64,000 bases of DNA. It comes from Pseudogymnoascus verrucosus (taxonomy: Eukaryota). Positions 24,202 through 36,559 of this stretch are shown here, in pieces; positions within the stretch are counted from its first letter, which is position 1; each line of letters opens with the position of its first letter. Below the pieces are notes generated by a model. It was not told the origin of the DNA and did no database searches. It saw only the letters and a program-made list of their open reading frames with translations. The position numbers and the translations under genes were made by a program. The stretch is from assembly GCA_001662655.1 (NCBI GenBank), contig KV460241.1; one strand, given 5' to 3'.

Positions 24202-25478
24202 ATGTCGGAACGAAGAGGAAAAGTCCAGATGCCGCTGGTAACCCCAGAGCAAGAAGAGAAACTCAAGAAGAAGCTCGAAATTAAGAACTTCGATCTCAAT
24301 GCCATACTGCGAGGTGCACAACTGACAGTCGTCGGAGGTATGGGTTCCTCTATACCAGTCTTTCAATTATAATATCTGACCGAGACAAGCCCTACGAGCG
24401 TTACAGAACCCGGCTCTCTTCACCTCCGAGCATTATAAGCAAGCAGCTCTAGCTGTCGCAGCTGGAATTGCTATCCGAATCCTAATAGCAATACCAGTAT
24501 GCCTATTCAAGCTTATAGGCGATGACGCAAGGCTGACTATTTCTCCAGATCGTCGGAATCAAAGTATTACTATGGTTCCTATCATTCTTCATAAACTTCG
24601 ACGCCGTATCATGGGATGACAACCTCGTCAGCGGCCTGGACTTCATCCAGAACTACGTCCTCCAGGTCCCCTTCTTCCTCATGACCCTGATGCGCTACAT
24701 AACCCCCACCCTGGACAACATGTTCATGGACTCCCTCCGCTGGGTCGACTCCACCTACCAACAAAAGCACAAGGACGATGACCCTTCCCAGCTCCGTCCC
24801 CCATATTACCCGAACATGAGCCTCTACTCCACCAGAGACGGCAGCACGCACAGCAAATCCACCGCCGAAGCGCTAACCCGCCTATTCATCCGCCGCGGCA
24901 AAAAGGCAGGCATCTCCCTCGTCATCTTCGCCTTATCATACACCCCCTATGTAGGCCGCCTCGTCCTCCCCGCCGCGAGTTTCTACACCTTCAACGCCTC
25001 AGTCGGTCTCGGCCCCGCGCTCCTCATCTTCGGGAGCGGCATCTTCCTGCCCCGCCGCTACCTCGTCATTTTCTTGCAGTCATACTTCACCTCACGCAGC
25101 TTGACGCGCGAGCTGCTCGAGCCGTATTTTAGCCGTATCCAGTTCACGGCTGCGCAGAAGAAGCGGTGGTTTCATGACCGCTCGGGACTGCTGTTTGGGT
25201 TTGGCGTTGGGTTTTACATATTCCTCCGTATCCCGCTGTTGGGCGTACTCATCTATGGCATTGCCGAGGCGTCGACGGCGTATCTGATTACGAAGATTAC
25301 GGATCCGCCGCCGCCGCCTGCGCAGAGTGTGGGGTTTGCGGAGAGTCAGCAGAGGTGGACGAATAAGCATGAGTTTCTGAGTTTGGATTGGGCGAACTTG
25401 GATTCTCATGCTGGGCATGTGAAGAGTGGGCAGGGAGAGGGTGCCACGGATGCTTATTATGAGAAGAGGGAGCTGTGA
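24202..25478 (+). CDS. conserved fungal multi-pass membrane protein (UsgS-like)
   Basis: Exons 24202-24337, 24390-24496, 24549-25478 (390 aa). FDLNAILRGAQLTVVGA, LQNPALFTSEHY, SRSLTRELLEPYF, YGIAEASTAYLITKITDPPPPP; several TM segments. Confidence 0.8.
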
Positions 25479-25824
25479 GGTAGGAGTTGGTAGGGGACGG
25501 GAAGAAATGAAGATTGGAAACGATAGAATGTAAAATTGTGATTTATAACGACAATATGAATATTAAATAAAACCTACATAAAATGAGCATATACGACCCT
25601 TAGGGTACACGAAGTTATAGAAGGGTCCTCGCCTCGTCACAGAACAGAAGTGATATCACAAGTTAAAAAAAGTCCGCCTGACGCCATATAGCTTCATATA
25701 TAACAGTAAATCCATGGCAGATAATGGCAATGCCTCATCCAGATCTAAAACCGATTTAAAACCCCCTCACCTTCCAAACGCCCAATTCGCCCCCTCCCAC
25801 CCCAACTCCCTGTCCCCCCCCCCT

Positions 25825-26631
25825 TCACGACTTCTGCTCAACCATATCATAATGCCCCGTCTCCTGCGCATGCCCCGCCGCCATCGCCTCCCCATACCCG
25901 ACCCACCCACAACTCGTACACCTAATCGCCATCTCCCCCACATTCGTGAAATAATGCTTCCCCTGCAGCACCTTGCATAATTGCTGGGCTTTAATCAGTA
26001 TATCGTCGTCGTACGAGTCCCACACCCGCTTGTCGAGCTCGGGAGGGTTATCGGCGATGGTGTGCGGGGGGTCGGAGGGGGATTGAACGATCGTGTCGTA
26101 GTGGATGCCCGAGTAGACGAGGATGCAGCGGATGGGGGAGCCTTCGTTGAAGCGGTCTATGCGGAGGGTCTGAGGGGGTGTTAGTTAACTTGTATTGCCT
26201 CTGGGACCTAAGGCGGCGGGGGAAGCAGGGAGGGCGTACCTGGACATCTATACTGCACACCTCGATCTTAAAATGCTTCGACAGAATAGCCAACTCGATC
26301 GCCCCGCCCCACGCATCCTCCGTCTGGATCCAACGACAGTAATCGTCCGGCGTCCGGTTGTCGAGGACCACTTTGGTATACACATCCGGCTCCTCCTGTA
26401 TCTGTGACGCTACAAGCGACCTTAATTCTAACATCGAGAGGTCATCCCCTGGCAATACCGCGGCGGCGAAGGCGCGGAAGAGACAGCTGTTATCGTCGGG
26501 CATTACCCGCATCACTGTCGCACCCTCGTCAGTGCTTGCTCCGGGGGAAACTGGAAGAAGAAGAATAAAAAGCACCTACCTAAAGTCGCGCCGCGATCCG
26601 GCAAAGGGAGCTCGGGTGTGTCCTCGGCCAT
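25825..26631 (-). CDS. OTU1: OTU-domain deubiquitinase Otu1/YOD1-like with C-terminal C2H2 finger; N-terminal Ub-like domain not found
   Basis: Exons 26631-26580, 26514-26240, 26169-25825 (223 aa). Catalytic MPDDNSCLFRA, WGGAIEL, YSGIHYD; finger CTSC...HAQETGH. Start codon uncertain. Confidence 0.85.
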
Positions 26632-27226
26632 CGTTCTTACTGTGTCGTGTTGTGCTGTGGTGGGGTATGGGGTGCGGCGGGATGGCGGGGTGCTACCTTT
26701 ATAGCTATCTGATTGTCTGGGGAGCTTAGTCAAGCTAGTGGCGTGGCGAATGGGGGGGTGATTGGCGATGGAACTGGAGGGGTGATTGGGGGTCCAGTGG
26801 GTTGCGATTCGTTGGATGCCACGTCTATAGGAGAGCTATCATATTATACGGTGTTTGTTTGCTTAATTGTGAGTTGTTGAGGAGGAGGTGATGAGTAGCG
26901 AACTTGGGAGATGGGCGGGGTGCTTCGGTTCACAATACTAGGGGACCAGACTAGGATATGAAGCCCAATGGATGGCGTTCCGAGGTTACATTCACTGTCG
27001 GGGTATATGCAGGGACGCAAGGGAAGCATAGCAAACATGCTTTAACAATCATTTCATATATTCCAGTCCCTAACCGCTCCTATTGTATTTATTGCTCTCC
27101 AACCGGCTTTCTCGTGAGACCCCCCATGGAAGTCAAATACACCACACACTTCTATGTGATATACGGCCTTGTTAAAAAGCCCCCCCCCCCCTTCTCACTC
27201 CTCCCCATCCCCTCCGCTCCGGCCAT

Positions 27227-28109
27227 CTACGGCTTCGGGATATGTATAGACTTACTCGTCATCAGACACCCACTAATCACAAACAGCCCCAACACCGGAT
27301 GAAACTCCATCGCCGACCCTTCCAACACCGTCCCAAACGGCAACTCCCCATGCAGCCACCCCTGTCCCACCCAGTACGCCATCAACCCGACAATCGACAA
27401 GGTGGTCGGGATCGGCGTGCCCTCGAAGTACTGGGACTTGCCAGTCGCGTCTTTGGGGACGTTGGCGACGGTGACGTTGAAGCGCGCGAGGCGCGTGAGG
27501 CCGCAGAGCACGAAGAAGGCGAGGATGAAGTGGTCGAGGGGGGTGCGGAAGCCGATTGCGAAGGCGGCGGCGGCGGGGGCGACGCCGAAGGATATCTATT
27601 TCGTTTATAGTCAGCATGGTATTCCACCGTCATTCACCCAACTTCCCACAACCGGATATGCGAAGTAAGGGTATAAGAGGACAACCCACCAAATCAGCCA
27701 AAGAATCCAACTCCTGCCCCATCAAACTACTCTTCCTCCTCCACCTCGCGACCTTCCCATCAAAGAAGTCGAAAAACAAGCCCAGCGGCATCAGCGCCAG
27801 CGCAGCCCACAGATTCCCCAGCTCGCCGGGAGAACCGGCCATGTACCGCATGGAGGAGAAGATGGACATGACGCCGCACATGCCGTTGAGCTCGGTGATT
27901 AGATCGGCGAGGTGCAGGGCGCGGACGAGGCTGAAGTGGCCGGTTTCTGAGCTGAGGAGGGTCGTTTGCTTGTCGACTACTGGGAGGGGGGGTTAGCTGG
28001 TGGAGGGCGAGGGAGGTGGAGGGGATTGAGGATGAGCTGAGAGAGGGAAAATGAGCTCACCATCTTCAGTTTTCGCAGCCTTCGCGCCAGCAGAGGTGCG
28101 TTTCGACAT
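27227..28109 (-). CDS. CHO1: CDP-diacylglycerol--serine O-phosphatidyltransferase (phosphatidylserine synthase)
   Basis: Exons 28109-28061, 27976-27690, 27595-27227 (234 aa). CDP-alcohol motif [51 protein letters not shown]-terminal IHIPKP. Confidence 0.95.
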
Positions 28110-29182
28110 ATCGTCTTCTTTCTGTCGTCTCGTCCCAACCTTTCCCTTTCGTCACTCTGTAGCAAAAACAACAGCAAACTACCCTTCGTAAGAAAAAAAA
28201 GTCCCGTCGCAAATAAATGAATTGAAAAGCTGAAGCAGAAATTCTATAATCGTGATGTGTTGATTCTAACGTACGTTATTGTCAACGTTACTCGTTGCAG
28301 CAACCTCAACAAGAAAGCGAGCGCCGCAAAATCTTGGCCTAGCCGCGATTTTACCTGGTTGCTGGCCTGCGCGGAGCTCAGCTGCGCCTACTTTCGCTTC
28401 GGCCGCTGCTGCGGAACCAACGTCATCCCCTCCCTCTTCCCACTCCCCCATCCGATCCCCCTAGCTCTTCTCACCGCCACGCCATAATAGGGTGTGCTAA
28501 GCTCAGACCAAGTCTTGTTTTTGTGCGAATGTCACCCCTAAGACAGGTTTTGGCCCAACAAATGGGCTTTTCACATGGGAAATCTATAGGATGGTAGAAC
28601 GTCGCTGTCGCCGATCATGTTCTATTAATGTTCACAGCGAAAATAAGAATAAAAAGGGCAATTGAATATGCAAGTATAGACAAAAATTCGTCTTTCGTTT
28701 GTTGCCCAGTTTATCTACCCTCACCACCCTCTCATTCAATCCAATCCAATCCAGAATTAAAACCGTTCTATATACCACCCAACATGGAGCCAATCTCCCC
28801 CCCCCCCAAAACAGCTCTTTCCCCCTTCCCAATTCCAAAAAACTCCAGCCAGTATGGTATAGCTCATTACCCATTTCATAAACCCATCTTCCTATCCAGT
28901 CTAGAGACCCCGTCCAACGAACCAAACCCCCCAACCCGCCGATCGGAGGCGGGTACAATTTATTATACAACGGCATCGACCCTGGATGCCGCTTTGAGAT
29001 TCGACAAATATGTACGCACCGCACCCATCCCCAAGGCATTTGAAATATCGTTGGGAGCGGTCTGAAACCTTCCTCCTAGCTAGCCATGTGGCTATTCGAG
29101 CGCACCTTTCAAGCCAGCCTCATTGTGTCGCTCTGGTCGCTCGTTACCGTAATTACCCTCACCCCTCGTATATACCATCACT

Positions 29183-31685
29183 TCAGCGCGTGATAATAAG
29201 AGACAGCCCATCCATCCACTGTCCACAGGAGCCCGAAATCCCCGCTACCGAGTATCCCCGCGGCGGTATTAAAGTGTGTCTACAACGGATTCGTTAGCTT
29301 GCTGCTGATCCCCTAACGTGAGGGAGGGGTAGGGGGGCTGTTATAAAACTTACGCAGATCCACCATGTGCATTGCCATAGATTTCCGATTTACGACCACA
29401 GCTAGTTAAGAGTTGGATGCCGTCAATCCAGAAGCCTGAGCGCACGTAGAAACCCAAAATGCATTCTCCTCGGCGAGTATCTGCAGGACAAGAAAAGTCA
29501 GTATTACGTCCAAGTTTCACTCAGAAGAACAACATACCAAGGTAAAAATCACTCCCCCCCTCCTTCCCCCCTCTCTTCCCAATAAGTTGAGTCGAAGTAT
29601 CCTCATAAATAAACTCAATCCCATCCAGCGCAAACCCATGATAAAACTTAATCTGCGTAAGCAGCTTCGTCTGCTTCAGCACGCTATCAAAGATGATCTC
29701 CTGCGGCTCCGAGCCCTGCGTCTGCGAACGCCCCAGCTTCGCCCCCCGGAAAGCAACTTGTCCATTCTTCAGCTTCAGCATCGAGGCCTTGGACGCCAGG
29801 AGTCCAAAATCTTCTATATCGGTGCTCTCACCGCCGATTGACTTGACAGCCAACCTTATCTTCTTCGATTTCCGGTCATCAGGCAGCCTACCGCGCAGAT
29901 CCAGTTCTGTAAGCACAACCTGTCGCTGAATAGGGCCGCGGCCGTTCCCATCGCCATATTCGATCCAGTTATGGCAAGTCTCGTCGCCCTCGGTAAATAT
30001 CTCGATATATGCAACGCCAGAATTCGCGGTAACTAATACGTTGCCGCTGTCTACAGGCCAAGCGTGTATGCTCCTGTCCGCGCACAACTTCGGGTCACTG
30101 ACTACGCGGAAGCATGGATGATTCCTAAAGCGCAGGCAGTCGAGGCGATGCCATCCGCACTCGTCTTTTGGAAGAACGAGACCACCCTTTTCGTTCGTCC
30201 GAACAGAGAACGGCTCCCGGCTGGTGAATGTCCGGTTGAATGTGACGTAGTCTCGTAGCATGACACCGTTCTCCTGATGAGGGCACCCGAATAAGTGGCC
30301 TGTCTCGTGGAGGTGCGCGCCAATGCCAATGTTGGCAGCCTCCCAGCTGCTCCCTGACTGATTGGCGTCGTTGGCAACGAAGCTGGTGTCTGTTCGGGTG
30401 CAATCTGTGAACGCCGGCACCACTTCTTCAAGGCTGGTGGGATAGGAGTGCAGGGCGTGAGAACCGAAAATTCCCATATGAATCCTGCCATGCGTACCAC
30501 CAAGCGCTGCATGGCCTGTGACCAGATTCGCGGCTTTATCCCAGTGTGAGTCCAATATCAAAACAGACACATATTGGTGCTGCCCCGGACTAGGCTTGAA
30601 GTACTCCTCCACAGCCTCTCCCGCGATCTTGAACAGGTCTCCGCTCATTTTCGCCGTTGGGTTCTGCTGGGCCCTGTCAATTGATCGGATCTCAGCAACC
30701 GTTCGAGTACTCCTGATAACATGGATCTTGGCCTCGTTCCTCATAGTGCCGTCCTCACGATCCCGGTAGTTCGCAGTCCCCGTCTGCCATTCCTCTTCGA
30801 ATCGGAAACAGCGTCGGCCCATCTTATTCCGGAACATTTGCTCTGCGGTAAACGCCTGCCATAAGTACGCCGCCATCCGGAATTTTTTTATAGCGACATC
30901 AAGACCGTTACCCTCCTGCTCAATGCGCGCTGGCGTCGAGTCGAAGGTGGCGGGGGAGTCTGCGCCGAGGAGGATTACCAATTGCAATGGGGGCGAGTTT
31001 GCCATGGGCATCATGTGGATAGTGATGAATGTTGAGTGTATCGGGTTTGTGGAGTTGCTATTGGCAAGTTTGGGGGAGGAGAAGTCGAAACGCAACTTAT
31101 TCATACCCGGGGTAAGATATACCAGGGCCTTGAAATGGGACTCTGTCACCGGCCAATTGATGGCGGGAAAGTCATCGTCAAGACGGCTGAGGCTTATGTT
31201 CCCCTCAATTGCTGCTGCGTCTGCATCCCCGACAGTGCCATTAATTAAGAGCACCTTCTGATTTACCTGGACAATTGTTAGTATCTGTCAATGGCTTGGG
31301 AAATTGATTGGTATTATCATACCCATGCTCCATCTGAGATCGACTGTATGCGTGGTGCATAAGGCGATATAGGCAATGCGCTGTGTACATTCGGTGATCC
31401 GAGTCCTGACATTCCAGAGACACTACTATTCCGCTTCCCAGGGCTCGTTGAAGCTGAGACCTGGGGTCGCAAGGGAAGCGACGATTTTGTTTGTGATTGG
31501 AAATCGGAATACGAGGCGAGGATTGGGTCTGGCGGTGTCTGCGAGCCCACGGCCGACCCTAGAGTCGACGAGGACTTTGATGTGGGCACTGTTCCATTGC
31601 TGAGATTGCTGCTGTCTGTCGACTTCTCGGTGCGGAAGCTGGCCTTGGACCTTCGGCGCAGGTCTTTCAGAAATGAGGGGGCCAT
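29183..31685 (-). CDS. putative zinc metallopeptidase with C-terminal jacalin-like domain (yeast YIL108W-like)
   Basis: Exons 31685-31323, 31266-29538, 29480-29354, 29279-29183 (771 aa). FRMAAYLWQAFTAEQM, GHAALGG, zincin HETGHLFGCPH; jacalin-type GFALDGIEF...GSCGQWMDGL. Confidence 0.88.
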
Positions 31686-34600
31686 TGCATGGCGCGGCGT
31701 CTCTCGTCAGTTTCAGCAACTTGTGATAAGCTGCAGCGATCCCTTGTTCTTCCCGTGTGTCGTGAAAGGCTTTGTTTCTAGCAGAGGGAGGTTTGTGATG
31801 CAAGAAGCCGTCTCAGTCGGGTTTCAATAAAAGTGCTTTCCCTTGCTTTCCCTTGCTGGGCTTTGTTTGGGTGAGTGACGTGTAAAGGGCAGTGAAATTG
31901 CTGGCAACGGCACAGCGTAGTGGGTTGTATGTGAGACAGCTTTCTGCTCGTACCTTTTCGGAGCTACCTATGTTTAGCGATGACGATTGTCACAGTGGAA
32001 AACTTGTCCAGACGCAGTTAAGGTTTGGCAAAAGTGGAACTTAAGATTGCGGAAACGATAGATTGGAGGAGGAGAGTGGTCAGAGTGGTTAGAGTGGTTA
32101 GAGTGGTTTAGAGTCCGTGAGTATAGGATACGATACCCACGTTCTCATTGGGAGGGAGAAGGGAAGGATAGGAGGCAGTGGCGATGGAGAGCAAGGAGAA
32201 AAAAAGAAAGTAGAGTCTACTCAAGAAATATACTCTGACATCATTTACAGTGCATAACAGAACAATGCACGACCTGAGCGGCGGTACATATTCGGAGATA
32301 TTCATAGAAAAAGGAACCTTGCAAGCCTGGCCGAGTGGGTGGCCGAGCAGGATTCAAACTGGACGTGCACGGCAATATACTGGATACTGGTGGATGCTGG
32401 ATAATGGAGAACTTGAGTTGAGTAAGTACCGCAGTCAGGTAGTATTGCAATACCCGTATATGCATATCTCCGTATCTGCAAAGATTGATTAACTCTGCCT
32501 GCAACATGCCATCCATCATCCTTACTACCCCATCGCCATTCAACACTCAATTGTCCCGTATCCCACGTATTCCACACCTTGGCTCCCACCTTGGCACGGC
32601 AGGCGTTAAAATCCAGAGCAGGGAAGGGAGCGTCGACAGAACAAGAGCACGTGCAGGGGCTAGCAAAAGATGGAGCAGGAACAGGATGGGATTTGGGCCA
32701 GTGATGGCGAAAGGCCGTGTTCGCCAGCGCCGCCCTGGTGTCCCAAAGCCGGAAGAGGGATCGTCAATGGGCTAAGAGGCGTGTATACTATACCAGCGAT
32801 ACCAGTGATATGAGTTGCTGACGAAATCCCCCCTCGATGGCTTCAGCTTCAGGTCCAGCGTAATTGGCTCAATTGAGAGGCCATCATAGGACAATCGTGA
32901 CAATCGTGGCCCTGCGTATCTGCAAGCCACCATCCATCCTGTTTATGGTACTTGCTGTCGTTGTCGCCGTCGCTGGCTGTCAATCCACGGCTCGTCGTTC
33001 AATCAAACCATCCTTTTGGCGGCAGGCGACACACATCATCCCTGTGTCTGCGCTGTGCTGGGGAGCGAGAGGCAAGGAGCACGGAAGGAGCACCTGCCGG
33101 AACAAGACTTGATTAGCATTCGCGATTCTTGGAAAAGTTGGTGGAGCGAGCGAGGATAGCAAGCGTGGAGCTGGTTGTAGCGTGGGCGTGGAGCAGTAGT
33201 GGATGGAGCAGCACTGGTGGTGGTGGAGGGGCAAGAAGAGTACAAGCCATACAGGGCTGTAATCACTACTACTACACCGGGTACAGGTACATGTTTGATC
33301 GTCGCCGGCGCTTGGTTGAGTTGGTGGACATCTTGTGCATCCATCGTCCTTGGTGTGTGGAGTGGAGGATGGTATGTACAGAGTACTGATAGACGGATAG
33401 TATGGCCATGGCTGTTTGCGCGATGCGGCGACCCGTCACTGACCAATTTATAGGTTGTGTAGTACTCTCTACCATGCACCAGTATGGGAGAGCGGCACGA
33501 GAGAACCACTTTGCTTGGTAAACTCGTGCTTTGGCGTCACGTTGGCGTTCTCTGTTTGTGCCAAGTGCACTCTACTTATATATGCCGACCCATCGATCCT
33601 CGCTGAACATGCGGGAGAGATGCTCATCGGATGCTCATGCTCATCTCATGCTCATCTCATTACCATCCCATCTCTATCTGATCCGCATCTGTACGATGCA
33701 CACTGCACGCTGCACACTGGACAGAATTGCCGTCCGTCCAATCCTTCAGCCCTGTGAAGCTTACCCAATTCACCCAGGATTGGCCCTTCAGCTCACCTCC
33801 TTCCCTCCTCCCTCCCATCATGTCAGCACACCATGAGGACACCTCCCGTGTCTGTGTGTCTGTCTCCCAGACATCCCCGGAGAGTAGATGGAGATGTCTG
33901 AGATGTCCCAGATCGATGGGGCAGACAGGCAGACACTACTAACGGCTTGAAGAGAAATCCCAGAGACATTATAGTCCATAGCTAGGCCGAGAGCTCGCTC
34001 AATGTTCCAGAGAAGACTCTCTCAAACAGATCCATCACATTGTATGGTCGTGGTGTGAGCAGTGTGAGCAGTGCCGCGCATACCATGGTGTCTAGAATGT
34101 CTTATACACAAGTAAGACGGGTCCGACAAACACACATCCCATCTGGCAAACACAGGCAAACACAGGCAAGCATGCATCGAGCTGTTCAGAGATGACAAAG
34201 TTGATTGGCCGAGAAGGGGGAATTTGAATTAAAGTAGGTCTGAGAGCGTGGAGCTCCCCTGAATGATAGCCAGGTTGCACGGCAAGGAGACATGTGAGGG
34301 TAGGCAAGGTAACCAGATGGCATTCTGAGTAATTATACTGAGCTCCTTAAAGGCCAACGAGCACTTTTTAGAAAAATACTTTTCAGTAAATGCTTCCAGT
34401 TGAATAAATTGTGCTGCATTATCATTGCTCTCGTCACTGCCCTGATCATATCCCTCATCACCCCGTCTGTGGCTGGCTGCTTCCTTCTTTTGGATCTGTT
34501 GGCTCATTTACTCCTCGCTCCTGGCTGCTTACCGTAACCAAGCTGCTTCGTTTCGTTGGCTGGCCTTACCCGGCACCTGCGTGGTCAATCCTTGCTAAAC

Positions 34601-35293
34601 GAACGGAGCCCAGGAAAAAGAGCCAGGGAAAGAGCCAGGGAGGAAAGGGAACAGACCTAAGCCGTCCAAAGAAACCCCAGACCGTCCGGGCAATTGCAAC
34701 ACCGACCGTACCAGGGCATACCATACCAGCAAAATACCACCACGGACCAGCCAATACCACAGGCTTGCAGCACTCCAACTCCAATCCCTCACGTCGTCTC
34801 CTGGCGTGAAACTAATGAGGCACGCAACAACCACCCACTCCCCACTGAAAGTCTGACCTCGCAACCACCCATCGCAACCACCACCCACCACCACTACACA
34901 CGTCAACCGCCCAACCCCTTCCCACCGCATTGTCGCAGTCAACACATACTCTCGGCCTCATTATACTCTATCTCAAAATACAATACTATTGTAAAACAGA
35001 AAGAATACCATCCTCACTCCCTGCCGAACACACAAAACTTCAACAACTACAAACGCAGAAACAATTCTTTGACCTCGATCTCTTTCAGCCCACCACCCTT
35101 TCGTGACCCACCTCGAAAACACTGAGCAAAACCCTCCACTTTCTCACTTAGACGCCGACCTCTTCCTCGTCCCCACGAACCACGCAAATACCGAACGTCC
35201 TGTCTTGGGGTAGCCCCAGCGCGACCGCTCACTGATCACCTCGCCCCCCGACGAATGCCCTGAACTCGGGCGGCTATTCCTCGATCTCTCAAT

Positions 35294-36559
35294 ATGTCCT
35301 CCCCATGGAAGAACAACCAGCCCGAGGTCGTGGCCGACCGAGTCCTCAGGAGGGCTGAGGTTAGCAAGGTACGTTGCCATCACAACCCCTCCTTGAGAAA
35401 AAAATCTAACGTATATTTCCAATCCCAGATGGCACGCAAGTTGCAGAACCGTCTCGCCCTCGCCCAATTCAAAGCCAAGCACGGCTGGGAAGACCTAACC
35501 CTCGACCTCATCGAGCCGAAAGTCGACGAACACCTGCGCCGCCAGCGCCCCTCCTCCGCCGGCGACATGCTCTCCGACACCTCCTCGAGCTCCGCCTCCG
35601 ACTTCAACTACCCGCGCACAGTCCTCAGCTCCTCCCCCCTCAAAGCCCCCTTCTTCTCCGACGCCCTCGACTCCTCCAGCGGCAGCTCGGGACACAGGAA
35701 GCGCTCCTACAACGCTACCTTCCACAACCCATCGCAGTCCACGGCACGCAAGCGCTTCCGCTCGTCACCCAGTGCTGGGCGCAGCATGTCGCAGAGCCAT
35801 ACGTCGTGGAAGGATCAACACCAACTCTCGCAATCCTCCCCGATAAAGCCGAGGAAGCAACCCCACTTCACCACCTCCGCCGGGCCAAACCTCTCCTTCT
35901 TCCGCGGCGTCAGCGGCACAATCGCCGAGGACATCCCCTCCTCCGCCCACCCATCCCTCGACTCAAACTCCGACTCCGACTCCGACCTCCTCCCCCTCCA
36001 CTCCTTCAAACTACCTTCAAACACCAACATCTCCCGCTCCTCCCCCCCTCGCACCCCCCCTCCCCGGCACCGCGCCATAACCCGGCGCACCACAGCCAAC
36101 GCCAACAACACCACCACAACCCTCACCACCAACAACCCCTCCCTAACCCGCAAAAGCGGCGAAGAAGGCGCAGACCTCCTCCTCTACCTCGCCACCTCCC
36201 CCTCCCCCGCCCACCCACGCTCAAACCGCATGCACCCCCCCCAAACGCCTCCCTCAAAACCCCTCGCCCTCCCCTCCTCCATGATGACCACCCCCGGCGG
36301 CGGTCTCGGACTCCTCTCCGCCTTCGGTGTCGGTGGTGGCGGGCCGCACACGCCGTCGCAGACGTTTGATTTTGCGGATTTCGTGAATATTACCCCGAGT
36401 CCGGCGCAGGGGGCTTGGACGACGAGGACGCCGGCTTCGGCGTTGAGGGAGGGGAGGGGGAGGGGGGAGATGCCGACGAGTAGTCCGATGTTTGGGGTGG
36501 GGAGGGGGAGGATGGGGGGGGGGTTGGGGATGGAGTTGGGGGGGGAGTTACTTTCTTGA
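35294..36559 (+). CDS. Whi5/Nrm1-motif (GTB-like) protein rich in S/T-P sites; putative G1/S transcription co-regulator
   Basis: Exons 35294-35368, 35429-36559 (401 aa) with a 60-nt in-frame intron GTACGT..CTAAC..CAG. ARKLQNRLALAQFKAKHGWEDLTLD, EEGADLLLYLATSPSP, FDFADFVNITPSP. Confidence 0.75.
   Translation: MSSPWKNNQPEVVADRVLRRAEVSKVRCHHNPSLRKKSNVYFQSQMARKLQNRLALAQFKAKHGWEDLTLDLIEPKVDEHLRRQRPSSAGDMLSDTSSSSASDFNYPRTVLSSSPLKAPFFSDALDSSSGSSGHRKRSYNATFHNPSQSTARKRFRSSPSAGRSMSQSHTSWKDQHQLSQSSPIKPRKQPHFTTSAGPNLSFFRGVSGTIAEDIPSSAHPSLDSNSDSDSDLLPLHSFKLPSNTNISRSSPPRTPPPRHRAITRRTTANANNTTTTLTTNNPSLTRKSGEEGADLLLYLATSPSPAHPRSNRMHPPQTPPSKPLALPSSMMTTPGGGLGLLSAFGVGGGGPHTPSQTFDFADFVNITPSPAQGAWTTRTPASALREGRGRGEMPTSSPMFGVGRGRMGGGLGMELGGELLS

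Noticed and set aside
32073..32110. AGAGTGGTT repeats (and ACCACCACTA repeats near 44795-44830) as telomere-like tracts
   Set aside because: Short slippage repeats like many others in this window, and not TTAGGG.
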